The notes under the pieces: model-generated
What the model was told of the DNA's origin: nothing
Database searches by the model: none
The model's input: the letters and a program-made list of their open reading frames with translations, nothing else
Part shown: positions 1 through 13,488 of the stretch, piece by piece
Position numbering within the stretch: position 1 is the first letter of the stretch
Layout of the letters: each line of letters opens with the position of its first letter
Assembly (NCBI RefSeq): GCF_964204645.1
Contig: NC_134030.1
Location: forward strand, 12,545,947 to 12,609,946
From: Tubulanus polymorphus
Taxonomy: Eukaryota > Animalia > Nemertea
DNA length: 64,000 nucleotides
Direction: 5' to 3'
Position numbers and translations under genes: made by a program

Positions 1-796
1 TATTCTTTTATTTTGATACCTCGTCGACATAACAGCTTTTCTCCGCTACGTATATCTCTTCAGCGTGTTTAGTTTAGGCCTACGACTCCCCAGTACACTA
101 AAGATTTATCTTAGTAAATACACGGTTAATTTGGTAATGAAAAATAGGTATTGTTAAACTAACTCCTTGAAACCCGCAGCCAAATCACTGGTAGTAATAA
201 ATTAATTTGTACTCGATTTGATTCTCATGATGAGGAGAAACTCTCAGCTGATCCACGGAATGACGATGTAGTGACACACGTCGATTCGTCGATGTTTACG
301 GCTCGACAGTGCTTTTAAAATCTAAAGTAGTAAATTTCCGGTGTATCGGTAATATGATTTGATGAGGAAAATGGGCTATTGTTAAAATAACTGTTTGAAG
401 ACCGCGGCTGAATGTGAAGTCTGCGGCAATAAATTAGTTCATTTATACTTGAATTGATAATCGAAGTGAATATTGGCCTGCGGTTTGATTTCGGGATGAC
501 GACTCGAAAAACATGTCGCCCCATTGAATGGGGCTAAATTTTCGATGTTTACGGCCCGACAGTGCTTTTGAAACGATGATTCGTGTCTCAGTGAGCTGAA
601 CGATATCATACGGATTGTATCGACAACAGCGGCAAGGTAACAAAGCCTTAGTTCTTTTAGTGAAAATAGTGTGACATAAAATAATAATAAGAAGAAACAC
701 GCGAATCTCAATAGGGTTTTCTGTGATGTAACAGAAAACCCTAATAATCACGCGGATATCAATAGGGTTTTCTGTGAAATAACAGAAAACCCTAAT
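1..796 (-). mobile_element. Family-B Helentron-associated (HINE-like) element end with two stacked terminal hairpins
   Basis: Near-identical to 34595-35476; TAGGGTTTTCTG-N8-CAGAAAACCCTA hairpins at 712-743 and 763-794; (AAT)n microsatellite. Confidence 0.75.
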
Positions 797-3700
797 TATC
801 GAACATATCCGCGTTCTCCGATCACACTCGATTTTAAAACCTTCCAATACAGAGGAGAAGTATACCGGTAGGTCTGGCAACTACTGACGGGTAATTGTAC
901 AGTTATCAAAAATCCACAGATTAGCGATCTGATAGTCATTATATTAAAATACGCTGGGTGTAAAGTCAACCCCAGGAAAATGTCGTTCAAGACAATACAG
1001 ATTAGCAACGTCTTCGGACCAATACAAGCGTATTCCGCCAAATCGCTCTACACCCTATTCAAATTCAATTATTGCTCTACTTGAAATCGGCAATTCGATG
1101 AAATATTCGCTCTCGAACTGAAATCTTTAGGTAACACTAGAATCCTCTTCTCCAACTTATTAAATCCAATTACCAGGTCGGTAAAAAAGATAACTTATAG
1201 TAAGTTTAAATTTTGTCAATTCCAGTCCACAAGCCGTGGAACTAGACAAAAACTTTAGACGGAATTTCATAAGGTCTTTGGTTAAGAACCTTCTCCTTCG
1301 AAATCTCAGAAGCAAGTCCTGTTGCACCCATGCACTCCTACAGGGATCCGCTGCAGGATGTCACATGACTAACCACTAAATAAAAAGTAAAACCTAACTT
1401 GAGGTGTCTCAGCAGTGAAAAATGGCTCAAAATTATGGTATAAATTATAATTAGAATTTTAGAAAGATTCCCGTAAAATAACTCAGACTTAACTCAAAAA
1501 TTAAATGAAACGACTAAATAATTCTAATTCACTGCTGATCACTCAAGTTAACCCCCGTACAGCCCACGTTAAGTTTCGAATTTTCTATGAAAATGTCAAA
1601 TGAAAATGATAGATAACTGAGTCCTGCAAGTATTTCCTTTTCGGTGAAAAGGATAGCTCCCCGGAACTTCAGTGCAAACTGCAGTTACAGACCTGCTCTA
1701 AGACACCCCGACTGTGTGACCCATAGATAATAATGAACATTGTAACTACTGGTTACATTAATGTTTAAGAAAAATCTTTCTCTTGCGATACTCACTGATT
1801 GTCAGCACTGTTGTAGGAAAAATCTCAGGTGGGATTGTAATTGCTCAGCATTTTGCTTCACCCACCTGGGGGATGTTGAATATTCCCTCCATATACATAC
1901 AGGCTGCAACAGTTGACCAATTTTTAAACTTCATACACATGTTGTCTAATATCAATCTTATAGAAATAATTGTGGCCACGATATTTCCAACAAATTCACC
2001 ACAAACCCTGTAACTTCGCATGTGGCGTTGAATTTGAGGCCGGGGGCATTCGAGGCTTTCCCTCATTCTAGTATGAATATGCAGTTTATACGTCCACCAC
2101 TCAACATTACTGGCACTACAGGTCTCCAAGGATGCCAACAGCATTTGGTGGTGGTGCCACTTGACGGACCAAAGAAACGCCTGTGGCAGCAACATTAATG
2201 CAGCCATCAATTTGATCAACCCTTCTGCTCATCCACTAGATTTTACATAAAATTGATGGGGTGGTCCACTTGATCACAAATCTATGTCACTGTCCTTAGC
2301 TATCCCTGTCCATTCACCTCCATGCAATGTGTTTCCTTCGAGATATTGGTGCTTTCGACCTTGACTCACTGATGCATTTATTTTGTGAAATCAATAAAAA
2401 GAGTAATCATGTGTATTTGTTGCAAGTATTTCCTGTAACAGGTTATCTAGACGTATCGGCCCCACTCCGCGCGGGTGCGCCACCGTGCGGGATTTACGCG
2501 AAGCAGCAAACACAAACATGGCCACTCTCTCAATTTTCAATGATAGAAATCGTGTGTGCATTTCAATTATTTCGGCTGTTAGGGTTTTAAGGCACAATAT
2601 AAGTTGATGATGTGATATGGCGATGTTAATTAATGATAATTCCGCAGTGAAGCTAGTCACGAACGGTGCCGATTGAGTGTACAGCTGCCAAAAACACTGA
2701 AGTGTGCGTAGTTGCGTAACTATTTGCAGTGAATTGCAGACGAAACATGAAGCCTTAACGGCCGTTTAAAAAAAAATTATACCAATCGCAATTGTAAAAT
2801 AAAAATGAGATAGAACCTAAGTTAAAATTCTGGCCATTTCTAAAATGTTATTACTAATTTTTAGTCAGTGCCGAACGTTTAGTTTTCCAACAATAATGAG
2901 GGGTGGTAGGTAGTCATGCAATTCAAGTCATCATTTATTACACGTTACTTCCGTGTTGTTGAAAATCTCGCGAGTCCTGGACCAAACCCCAATGAACAAT
3001 GTGATCTGTGTGCTGGCCACAAATGCACACAGATCACACTACACTACCCATTACACACTCCAGTACCCACAGCTTTCATATATCCATCCAAATATTTAGA
3101 GTGTCTTTCTTCCTGGATCTGCCCCTGGGTTTCTGTCCATCAAATTGTTGCTTTATATACATGTAATTTAAATGAGTAACCAATATTCATCATCGCTGTT
3201 TCATCTGTCCTGAAAATTCTGAACAGTTAAAGAAGCAACTCAATGGCGAATGAATAGATTTTTGTAATTTTTTGAAAATTTTATTCACAGTGGAGGAGAT
3301 GCAAGATTCATTTTGTCTACCAGTTTAGCTGGCTATAACACAGTTATTGGTGGATGTGCCCCGATGTGTAGACATGGATATGCAACATTTTATCGGATAG
3401 CACCAGAAAGGTACCGTATTTTAACAGTACAATAAGATTAAATTGATTAGAATATTGCAAGCCTTCTTTAAATAAGGTGCAGGGGAGGAATTAACAATTT
3501 GATTTTTTGTATACCATCGTTTATCCACTAATATATAATTGAGTTTTCACTGTAATGTTTCGTATCACTGCCATAATTGTCCCCCTGCAATGTTTAGTCA
3601 CAGGTATCCGCATGCGTCTGTCATCCGTCTGCATTTGTATGCAGATGAATTTTAAACAATTCATTAAAAACGCCATACAGGTAGACCAATATTGTGTAGT

Positions 3701-4427
3701 ATATAGTTGAATTCAAACACTTTGTTAGCTGCGCTTAACTCGCTACGATCCTGCCTTTGCGTGGGATCAGTTTTACTGGCCACTGTGTCAAGTATAAGCT
3801 GGTAGACCACCTTACTAAACCAATGTATCGTCTAGTATGGTGGATATGATTAACCTCTTCAATTCACTAACTTCTGCGCTGAATCTAACAGTGCCCATGG
3901 GCACGTTGTTGTAAAAAATAGAATTTATCAATCCGTACTAAAAAGCTGTCCTGAGTGATACTGAGGTTGACTGTATTTCCATATACAGTGATACCTAGGC
4001 ATATTTTGTAACCACTATCAACTGCAATTATCCATGCTAATGGCAAGTTCTATGATTGTGGTGAGTTCCATGCTCATATTTATGTTTTGGTTGTACTGCA
4101 ACGGTATCTGGTATGAATGGTTTCAAAGCAGGGATGAAAACGGCCCATATTGAAGAAGTCGGGAAAATATTTAAAAAGAGTTTTTTTTGGGGAAAAAATC
4201 AGTAACCTATAGCCAAAAAACTTACTTTCCTTTCATAATGTTAATAGTTTGGGCCTGAATTAGAGTCGTTTTTTCGAATGAGACGCCATATTGGTTTCTC
4301 CGACTCCACAGTTGTGCTAACTAACGCCGAAAACCATCTTAGGCAGCACTCCTAACTATGGAGCGCTTCAATGTGACGTTAGTGATTGAGGCGATTAAAG
4401 CTTGATTTAATAACAATGCTCATTATA

Positions 4428-4613
4428 CAGTAAACTTCGCCTAAACCGGTACTGTTGGGACCGTCAAATATTTTACTGGTTTAGGCAATGCCGGTTTAGG
4501 CGTTGCGTTATTTTAGGAAATTTTTTAGGAAAGGGATCAGAAATTCTTTAAAGATTTCATCGGTCTGGACGATTTACAGTACTGACTGGTACCGGTTTGG
4601 GCGGAGTCTACTG
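4428..4613. mobile_element. Tc1/mariner/pogo-type MITE (TA TSD) nested in the hAT element
   Basis: TA|CAGTAAACTTCGCCTAAACCGGTAC...GTACCGGTTTGGGCGGAGTCTACTG|TA. Confidence 0.8.
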
Positions 4614-5809
4614 TACAGCACTCTTGCTACCCTGTAAACCATCCAATTTTAATGATTTAAACACAAGCAAGGGGACTACCATTTTATGTGATGACATCAT
4701 ACATTTGTGCGTATAGATACGATTATATAGATTGTTCTAAAATACTAAGAATAGCTTTATTGTGGGACTCAGAGATCCCATCAGGAAGTTCGTGTCATTT
4801 CTACATTTTGATTCAGTGAAAAAGGCTGAGGACTCACACAAGTCTCACCAGGAACGAAAGGGATAAGAGATTCTCATTTGGAAAGAGGAAAAAATAATGA
4901 AAAATAATAATGATAAAACACGTACAGGGAATAAAAATAGAGTTTCAATTATTTTTTCTTGGCCAGTTAATTTTTTTCTTCTGGACAGTGGCACATATGA
5001 ATTCGATGTATGCTGAGTGGGAAATATGGGCCCTTTTCGCCACATCGTTTGCACCCTCTCTGGCTTTGCGCTTCGAAACATTATTTGCTTCAGTTGCTTT
5101 AGTTTTAACTTTGGTAACGCCCAGTTTCGGTGACCTGAGACCACCCAAAATCTAAGTGAACCGGCTTATTTTCGAATAGAATATCTGAAAGTGACCGATC
5201 AGTGTTATATCTGTGCACTTCCATATGGTAGCCGTCCAACTCCGAGTCATCCAAGACATAAGTCACCAGGTTTGGCAACTGTTTTAGATATTTCAATGTT
5301 ATTTCATGTCCACTGCATGCTGGTTAGAACTTTTTTAAGATAAGCAAATGTTGATATATAAAGAAAAATAGCTTTTCTCCAGATCAGCATCAAGTTCGTG
5401 AGAAAGTGTTTTTGCCAGTTACGCGGCTCATGGATAAATGCGACAGCGCATTCAAATCAGAAGACAATGTTTTCACCAGATGAATTATGTGTGGTGCCAC
5501 AGTGAAGGGCAGGTTGTGCTCAGCCAGAAATCTGAGTAACATATCCTCTTGATTATACATTCGATCCTGCACTGACAGGACTGACGGAGCCGCTACAAAA
5601 GAAATTTGTGCAGTTTGGTTGTATATCGAACACAGACCATATGGGGTTGAAATAGAAACTCATGAAAATAGAACCCGATGCGGTATTTTGGAGGGACACT
5701 AGCAAACAGCAAAATATTTTGTTCTCACTTTTTGTATATATGTGGTAAAAAATGGGCATTTAAAGCTTACGATACGGGCTAAACTACGGTACTGTAGTTC
5801 ATGAGTTTA

Positions 5810-6205
5810 GGGGCCGTACAAAAACTCCAGGGGGAGGGAAGGGGTGAGCTCATAGCGTACATATTTTTCTAAGGGTAGGGTATAGTATGTGCTGTGCGCA
5901 AAACACTATGTAATTTTCACAATTTTGTTGGGATTTTCCCGGAATTTTCTCACTCTCCGTCTTTCACTTTGTCAATTGATACGCTACCGTATCATCGTCG
6001 GAACTGTTGATGAATCATGCTGGTGAATGTTGCTTTCTTTGAACCATTGATCCTAGAAATTCAGTCTTACAACGGACAGCGGTCATTCACGTAATGGGAA
6101 AAGTACTGGTATGTACGCGAGGAGGGGGGTCTTAAGAAAACGTAAAGAGCGTATGTGGGGTTAAAATACCCAGAAGACAACTGTACGTACTTGGTGCACG
6201 GCCCC
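5810..6205. mobile_element. PIF/Harbinger-like MITE nested in the hAT element
   Basis: TIR GGGGCCGTACA / TGCACGGCCCC; TSD imperfect. Confidence 0.55.
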
Positions 6206-7588
6206 AAGCCCCTTCAGGATTTTGCTTGGTCTGGAGTATGAAATACTGATAGTGATTTAAGAATTAAAAGATTATTTATATATATTTTATATATATATTT
6301 CTAAGTCATACCTGGTATCTTGTAATTACTTTGTTGTTCCTTCACAACTTTCCTCTGTTTGTCGGAAAGTGCATGTTGTTCCAAAACCGAAGCACCGTGG
6401 CTGCTGTATTTCAATTCAGTACCATAACAAATACAAATGGCCTTTCCGGGGCATCTTATTTTACGAATGAAAGCTGCTAGTGGACTGACTTTCTTCTACG
6501 GCTTTTTCGATCTAATCCCATCTCCAAGTGTTTTTTCTCCTTAACGTTTTCGGTTTTCAGAACCAGTCCGATGTACGATACGAGGATCTGACTGACATAT
6601 TCAGCTAACTACTGAACGTTTTTTACTACTCTCCTGCATGTATATGGTATTGTATAGCACTCTCGTAAAGCACGTGCTCATTATTTGAATTTAATCTGTG
6701 CATGGCTGCCTAGCAACAAGATCGGGAGAACACATCGTCGATGCGCTTTTACGGCTGCCGATGCGCTCTACCAATCTTGAACTTGAAAGAAAATTAATGA
6801 CCACCAACCCCCAATAACTCTCAACACCCCCCCCCCTAGTTTTTCAAAGGATGTGCACTGATCTCAGGAATGGAGAAAATGGAAGAAAAGGTCAGAAATC
6901 CGTCTATGGTCTGAAGATTTTCATCCCTGTTAAAGAAATAACTTCCCTGTGTGGTGATCATAATTTGATTGATCTAATGAAAAACCTGCACTTTTCATTT
7001 CAGTCTTGAATTCATCTTCTCCAGTTTCAAGAGTGATGAAGATACTAGCTGTAAAAGATGGTCAGAAGCACTTGATCGCGGTCTGAATGATGTCATGACT
7101 CTAGTGCAATCTCAACAATCTAAGCTTTGATTTCATTGACAGTGGTTTGACATTGCCACTGGGTGATATTTAAAACTTAAACCATGAAATTCCTCAATGA
7201 AATCATGAACACAGAGACAGAAATAACTTACCCAGTCCAGTTCACACGTAAACTCAACCCTTTGAGGCGTTAGTGTGAATCATTGACCCTTGTCACTTGC
7301 CATCTAAAGGTTGCCACTGGTCGGCAATTTTTCATTGTGTTTCATTTTTTGTGATACCTGTAGTAGCATCTCTCCTAGCACGGTTGCTTTCTCAGACCTC
7401 TGATAAAATCACTGTCTTTATACTGGTTTATGGTGTTATCATATAGTATAGTGATGAATACAACGAGACGAATAGTACATAATCGATTAACTAGTTACGC
7501 ACAGGTGATTTATTTGATCAGGTGAATGTCTCATTCAGTCAAAGCAGGTTATAACTTTGGCCTCGGGACTGTCAAAATTTAGGCGCTA

Positions 7589-8102
7589 CAGTCAACCCTG
7601 CATAAGTCATCGAATTAGTCGTATCATCACATATCTCGTATAATTAATTTGGTCCCAATTTTTTCTTCTTTAAACCTTATGAAATTATGCTTATAACTCG
7701 TACTTCATAAGTCGTATTTTGAAGTAAGTCGTATCAATTTTAGAAGCCAAATCTTCTGATTCCATTCAAAATACATCGCGTAAGTCACAGCCCGAAATGC
7801 CGGCAGCAGATAAAAAATACGCTACTATATTGTCAGTGTAATTGTTCAGACAGTTACAATGTAATTTTCTTGTGACATTGTCTGCGTGGTGCATGTGACA
7901 GCTTTAAATGATTGATTGAGCTATATAGGATTTGCTCATGATAGAACAATATATCGTATTTTCACGGGTTATTCGCGGAATTCATATAAAACCATGACTT
8001 ACAGATAACTCGTAAAAATACGACTTACACGTAACTCGTACATCACGTAAGTCGTGGTAAAATCGTCAGTCCCAAGGACTACGACTTATGCAGGGTCGAC
8101 TG
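7589..8102. mobile_element. Tc1/mariner/pogo-type MITE (TA TSD)
   Basis: TIR CAGTCAACCCTGCATAAGTC / GACTTATGCAGGGTCGACTG. Confidence 0.85.
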
Positions 8103-8599
8103 TATAACAAATATGGCGGTATAAAGAAATGGCGATCATGAGAGTTGACATAGTATGAAAGACATGATTATTGACCAAGTCCAGAATTGACATGAATTAA
8201 CCTCAATAAAGGAAGGGTAAAGGTCTTACTTCTTAACATAACAGATGGGGGAAACATCATTGAAAAAAGATCATTGGCGGTGTAACTAATGTTTTTCCTA
8301 TTAGTTTGAATAGGACCGTTATAGTATTTTGTTGGTGTTATGGCGGAGGGTGAGAGGTGGTATATTGAGAGCGATTCACATACACATAGATACCAAATGA
8401 ACTGTCCACAAGAAAATTCTTGGCGATAGGTGAATTTGGTGGTATTACGGATGGCGGTTTAACGAGCTTGGACTGTATTATAGCTAAAGCTCATGCGTCA
8501 AATAAACTGGTCTAGTTGACCTATAAAGTATTATTCGTCTTGTATATATTCTACACCAGGTTAACACGGCTCCTCCATGAATCTATAGTGTTAGGGTTT

Positions 8600-8847
8600 C
8601 AGGCGCGGATCCAGAGGGGGGTTTTTGGGCTTGTGACCCCCTTGCTCAGCTACCGGTTAAATCGTTTTCTTGAAGGAATGTACTCAAGACAAAGCGGGCA
8701 GAGAGTACCACATAATGGAGTACCATATTATCTTATGTTTGGCCAAACAATATGCCGTATAGGCCCTTCATTAGAGATTTTAGTCAATAGTTTAACATTA
8801 ACATTTTTATGAACCCCCTCCTGGAAAAAATCCTGGATCCGCGCCTG
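8600..8847. mobile_element. MITE with CAGGCGCGGATCCAG TIR
   Basis: 15-bp perfect TIR; flanks GGTTT/GATTT. Confidence 0.8.
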
Positions 8848-8909
8848 GATTTACAACCATTGGTATCACTTCTCTGATTAGATTAATTAGTTGAAATAAA
8901 CACTAGGTG

Positions 8910-9087
8910 GTATGATAACCACACTCAAACGTGGTGAACAGATGATACTAGAGATCATCGTCAGGTCACACCTGACGATGATCTCTAGTGTGAGATCGAA
9001 ACGTCGTGTTCTTATATTTTAGATTGTTTCAATTAATAAATTCTCGATTTTAGATTTCTTTTAATTAGTAAATAGTGGGTTTTTATC
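8910..9087 (+). mobile_element. Short Penelope-like (pLTR) insertion with hammerhead motif and 13-bp TSD
   Basis: TAAACACTAGGTG at 8897-8909 and 9088-9100; internal inverted duplication; AATAAA downstream of the ribozyme. Confidence 0.7.
8968..9009 (+). ncRNA. Minimal type I hammerhead ribozyme motif
   Basis: ACAC-CTGACGA-T-GATCTC(tagtgt)GAGATC-GAAA-CG-TC^-GTGT; stems I and II pair perfectly. Confidence 0.75.
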
Positions 9088-9816
9088 TAAACACTAGGTG
9101 TTAGAGTAGCACATTCTGAAACACCTACATCCATTCACACAATGGTTAAATTTTACTATTACACTTGATTAATTTAATCTGGCAGATTATTGGATGTCCC
9201 AGACAATGTCAGTTTAATCTACACTCAGTGTCAAGTAACATAACTGGTTTAAAATCATCAACTTCAGAGCGCTTCAGTCAAGCGACGGTCAATTGGTGTG
9301 AACATGTAAAATAGGTTCAGTTTTTGATAAATTGAAAGCCATAATACCTCAATCAATGAAATTGATATTAGTCTATAACCTGTGACAAACAGTCGAAAAT
9401 CTGTATTGGAAATTTCCAACATGAGCTTTTTGAGACTTCTTCATAGTAATATCTGACAGTAGTGTAAGAAAAAATAGATTTTGTTCATTTTTGCATTTCA
9501 GGCACCAAGAAATTATTTACTTACCTTGCCACTTGTGATGAGATGATTGGTTATTTTCATTTTCACATGTGGAGAGGCGGTGATTCTGATCCGTCAGGTC
9601 ACCATTGTAGGTGATTGAGTTATTATTGCATACTCAGCGTTTCTTGTTTAGGTAGTCTTTTAACATACCGCACAGCAATCAACAAATGTTTGTTAAGAAA
9701 GTGTTGTATCTATCTGTATTTGTTTTGGAAAATGTTAGTTGGCTAAATAATGAGAATGTATATTGGGGATACACCATTAAACTCATGGTGCTCACATGAT
9801 CATGGTTTTGTACATA

Positions 9817-9981
9817 CAGTCAACCCCCTATACACCGCCCCTGATTGGTATATTGGAGTTAACTGTAATTTCAGGGCAGGCCCCCTACCAAAAAATAAAC
9901 CCTGAGAGTCTGTCATATGGTTACTGCAATATAAGTGTTTTCTGTGGTCCATGGTCCCAAGAGACTAAGCGAGGTTGACTG
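9817..9981. mobile_element. Tc1/mariner/pogo-type MITE (TA TSD)
   Basis: TA|CAGTCAACC...GGTTGACTG|TA. Confidence 0.7.
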
Positions 9982-12032
9982 TACACATGTACTATTATTT
10001 TTGTGAGGAATGAATTATTTTTTTCAGCTCTGTCATGTTGTTTTGCTCACAGTTGAAAATTCTCTATTCCAAGACTGGTGATTTTTTGATAATTCAATAA
10101 AAAATTTTTTAGAATATGTCTCTCCATTCTATTTTGGATCTCATCATATACGGTTTGCTACCTAAAGAAATATAAGTGAATGAGAATGCCAAAAAATCCG
10201 AAGATCACTAAGGCAAGTGTATAGTGACGTCACAGGAGTTAGCATCACCGTTCGCTCATATTTTTATGTATTATTATATTCATTTTGCTGAATTATTGTT
10301 CAATATTATCTATCCTATTATATTAATTGTTATTTTGACCTTTCCTTGCTCGAATTTCCTTAATAAGAACTTTTTTTCAAGTTTGTTTCTAGATCCTGAG
10401 AATTAACACGTAAATTTGATGGACCTCATTGATTTCCTAATGAATTTTGAGTGCATTTGCCCTGCATGATCAATATTGTTGCTAGCCTAGTTAGACTGGT
10501 TGCCAGTTCAATTAATTTCAAAATTACCTCTTTGATCCTTAATATTATATTATTCATTGACGATAATATTAGGCACTATACTGTGCTATTTTCAAAGCAT
10601 CTTGTTACCATCTTTTTCGTTCCCATTGTCCCATCTTTCAAGAATATTAGATACAAAACGTTGTTTATACATGTATATTTATAATATTTATAAAAATCTA
10701 TTCCAAATGTTTGTTCAATGTTCATAAGTTAAGATGCAAAAATTCCTTTCCACATTGGGGGTTTTGGCATCTCAACTTTTGGATAAATCATCTTTTAGTT
10801 CTAATTATTGACCTAAAAGGTTATTTCTTATAATTTTTGATTGAATAAATAAGTTTTTAAACTTTCAAATTTGTATTGGGTTTTGATTATTGACAAATCC
10901 AGCCTTACTGAGGCAATACAGTAGAATCCGCTTCATTCAGATCATTTGGGACCAATAAAATTCATCCAATTTACAGGAAATCCAGATTAAAAGTCATTTT
11001 CTTATATATTAATGAACAAATGGACTGCAAATATTGTCCGGTTTAAAGCTGATCCAGAAAAAGCGGGTTTGACCGCAAATGGAAGTTTCCTTTCTTACAT
11101 ATACTCTTTATCACATACAGTTATCACATCGTATACACATGTATAACGAGAAATAATTACGATTACCCAAAAGTTTTGTTAACATTTGAATTTTAAGTGG
11201 AGCTGAAGCTGAACCTTGATGTCTTTATGGTCCTATCAAAATATCAAAAACCTGGAATTTCACTCGCCCCCTCAAAAGTCCATTTGACATTTACTCTATA
11301 AACTAAAAAGGAAACTGGATCAACGTTAATACTAATGATGACAGTCACTCGAAGCATTAACAGAGACTGTTCACCTGCCCTTCATCAGGGATGAACCTGA
11401 TGGCATCGAGATTGCCATGGTAAAAACCCTGCCACACTAGACGTGAGTATTATTAGCCAATCAGATATCCCGCTATATCTTAGTCCAGGTTTTTCGATTT
11501 ACAGTGAAAAATGTAACAAGCAATCTGATTGGTGCTGCAAGTTTTCATATGGCAAACCGGCGCATTTACCTGTCCATTCTAGTATGGCAGTGATTCATGC
11601 AGTGACTGGTGTAGCAATACCAATCCCTGCTGAGGGAGGATGAGACTGTCCAAGTGACGCTTCTGCTGAGACCCAGTACAAAATGATAGCACACTTAAGA
11701 TACAGTGGTGTAATCATCCATTGCATCAATTGAGAAAAAAATCCTGTGGGATAAAAATACCCAGGAGAGTAGCGATATCAATAAACGACTTGTCGGATGT
11801 CGAATATTCCTAGGCAATGAGACCAGCGCATGGGGGTCCCTAGGAGGGTTTGGTAGTTCGCACGAACCCCTTTTTGAATTTTCAAATATCGACGAATGCC
11901 AGCACATCCGGGGCAGCACATGGTCTGCATCTGCTTAATTAGCAAAATAATCATCGATACATGCAAAGTAAACAGGAACCAGTCTACCTATCGGCCTCAG
12001 ATTTCACCAGAACACGCCTGCCCTATTGTATT

Positions 12033-12746
12033 ACTCAACACCCCCTGGTGGCCACATACAATAACCAATGAACTTGTAACTCACCACAATCATAGAACAT
12101 GTTATAAGCTACAACTTTCTAATTTATTGTTGTAACAAAATATGCTTAGGTATCAATATAATGTTGAAAAACTTTTTCCCACCTATGAATGAGTACTAAT
12201 GACACCAAGATGGCTGCCAATTGCGTCATAATTGGCTGATCAAAAATACCTGTCTCAGGTATGAAACATCCCTTTCCAAAGAATACCCATCACAAATTGC
12301 AATGAGAAATGGCCAACCAGTAGGAAGCTACAGGACCTAGAATTCTGACCAAAATTGACATTTTTGGCACTAAAAAGGTCATAGGACGGACATCATGAGT
12401 CAGATCGACCCAATTTTTCTTATGCTGATGGGCCCTTGGTAGATTCAAATATAAACGAAAGATCAAAATTTCCCTCGAAAACTTCCAAAATGTGTAGAAG
12501 TGCTGATTTTGGCGAACACCAGTGGCTGCCAGTCGGCCATCTTGAATCTGACAGGGCCAGTTTTTGGGCTGAAGATGTGTCTAGGGTAGATACATGTATA
12601 AACCAAATATCAAGACATTACCTTGAAGCGTCTTCAAAACTTCTCAAAATAACTGGATTCCGTCTACGGACGGACCGACGGATCGACGACGGACTAAAAA
12701 TGAACGCAATAGCCCGCTGGGACTCAAGTCCCAAGTGGGCTAAAAA
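12033..12746 (-). mobile_element. Family-A HINE/DINE-1-like element (partial)
   Basis: Terminal hairpin GCCCGCTGGGAC..GTCCCAAGTGGGC followed by TAAAAA; (GGAC)n microsatellite; homologous to other copies. Confidence 0.8.
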
Positions 12747-13189
12747 CGGCTGATTCTATGTTCAGGGGGGTTGGAAAAGTCAAATTTCTTTCGTAAATAA
12801 TAAATGAAAGATCCCTTATGGCAAGCAAGGATCCTCCAGGTTCACTAGTTGTTACTCAGCTTCCGCATTCAATTTCTTCTACATTTCAGTTAAAATCCGA
12901 ATTTTTCTTATAAAAATTATTGATAAAACTATACCATCTAGTAGAGCAAATCATGAATTCAATATATATTGGGTGGGTCTTGTGATGGATTTAGGAGCCT
13001 AGAAATTCAGTTAAAATTTGATTGATAATGAACTAATTTTGGCAACGTAAGACGGAGTGCTCATCATGCCATCTAGCAGGATAGCTGGTGTTGAAGTTCC
13101 CCTTTGAACAGATTGAACAATCCTTGATTCATAAATACAACAATCAAACGATGAAACAATGCATATTTACTACTATTGGTTTAACAATC

Positions 13190-13195
13190 TTTATT
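13190..13195 (-). terminator. Candidate polyadenylation signal AATAAA of ASCC2
   Basis: First AATAAA on the minus strand, 30 nt after the stop. Confidence 0.5.
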
Positions 13196-13224
13196 TTGAA
13201 TAAATAATTTAACACGTAATTCTT

Positions 13225-13488
13225 CTATGGAATCATGCCTTTCATTCGTTTACGGTCAGCCATTGCACGGCGATTATGATTGGAACGAGTTGCTTTATGT
13301 TTATCTTTGTAGTCACGATTCCGAGAAACTTCTTCTGATTGACCCTGTCCTTTTGGGGCACCTTTGACATCTCGTTGACGCGGTGGACCACCCCTACCTC
13401 TTCCTCGTCTTTGAGCCGCCCACCGTTTTTCATTTCTTTCGCGTACTTTAGCTGGATCTTCAATGAACTGATCTAGTCTGCGCTTTTC
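13225..13488 (-). CDS. ASCC2: ASCC2 coding exon 14, terminal (EKRRLDQFIEDPAKVRE...ADRKRMKGMIP*)
   Basis: tttcag|GAA acceptor, TAG stop at 13227-13225. Confidence 0.95.
   Translation of the reverse strand, partial: EKRRLDQFIEDPAKVRERNEKRWAAQRRGRGRGGPPRQRDVKGAPKGQGQSEEVSRNRDYKDKHKATRSNHNRRAMADRKRMKGMIP

Larger units (their letters stand above)
4129..6929 (-). mobile_element. Internally deleted, decayed hAT element with transposase remnants
   Basis: 12-bp TIR CAGGGATGAAAA/TTTTCATCCCTG; flanks TCAAAG/TTAAAG. Minus-strand remnants: BED-like PGKAICICYGTELKY...EQHALS (~6310-6480) and FLAEHNLPF...HLVKTL (5390-5572), with stops. Confidence 0.75.

Noticed and set aside
850-1400. Decayed LINE 3' fragment (KY.GV...KMSFK-like)
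   Set aside because: Requires several frameshifts; too weak to call without a search.
1783-3230. ORFs 1845-2219(-), 2327-2590(+), 2916-3179(+) as a gene
   Set aside because: No recognisable domain or consistent splice structure; may be decayed coding sequence but unsupported.
11360-11392. Third hammerhead (minus-strand CTGATGAAGGGCAG...)
   Set aside because: No GAAA after the putative stem II; at best a decayed remnant.
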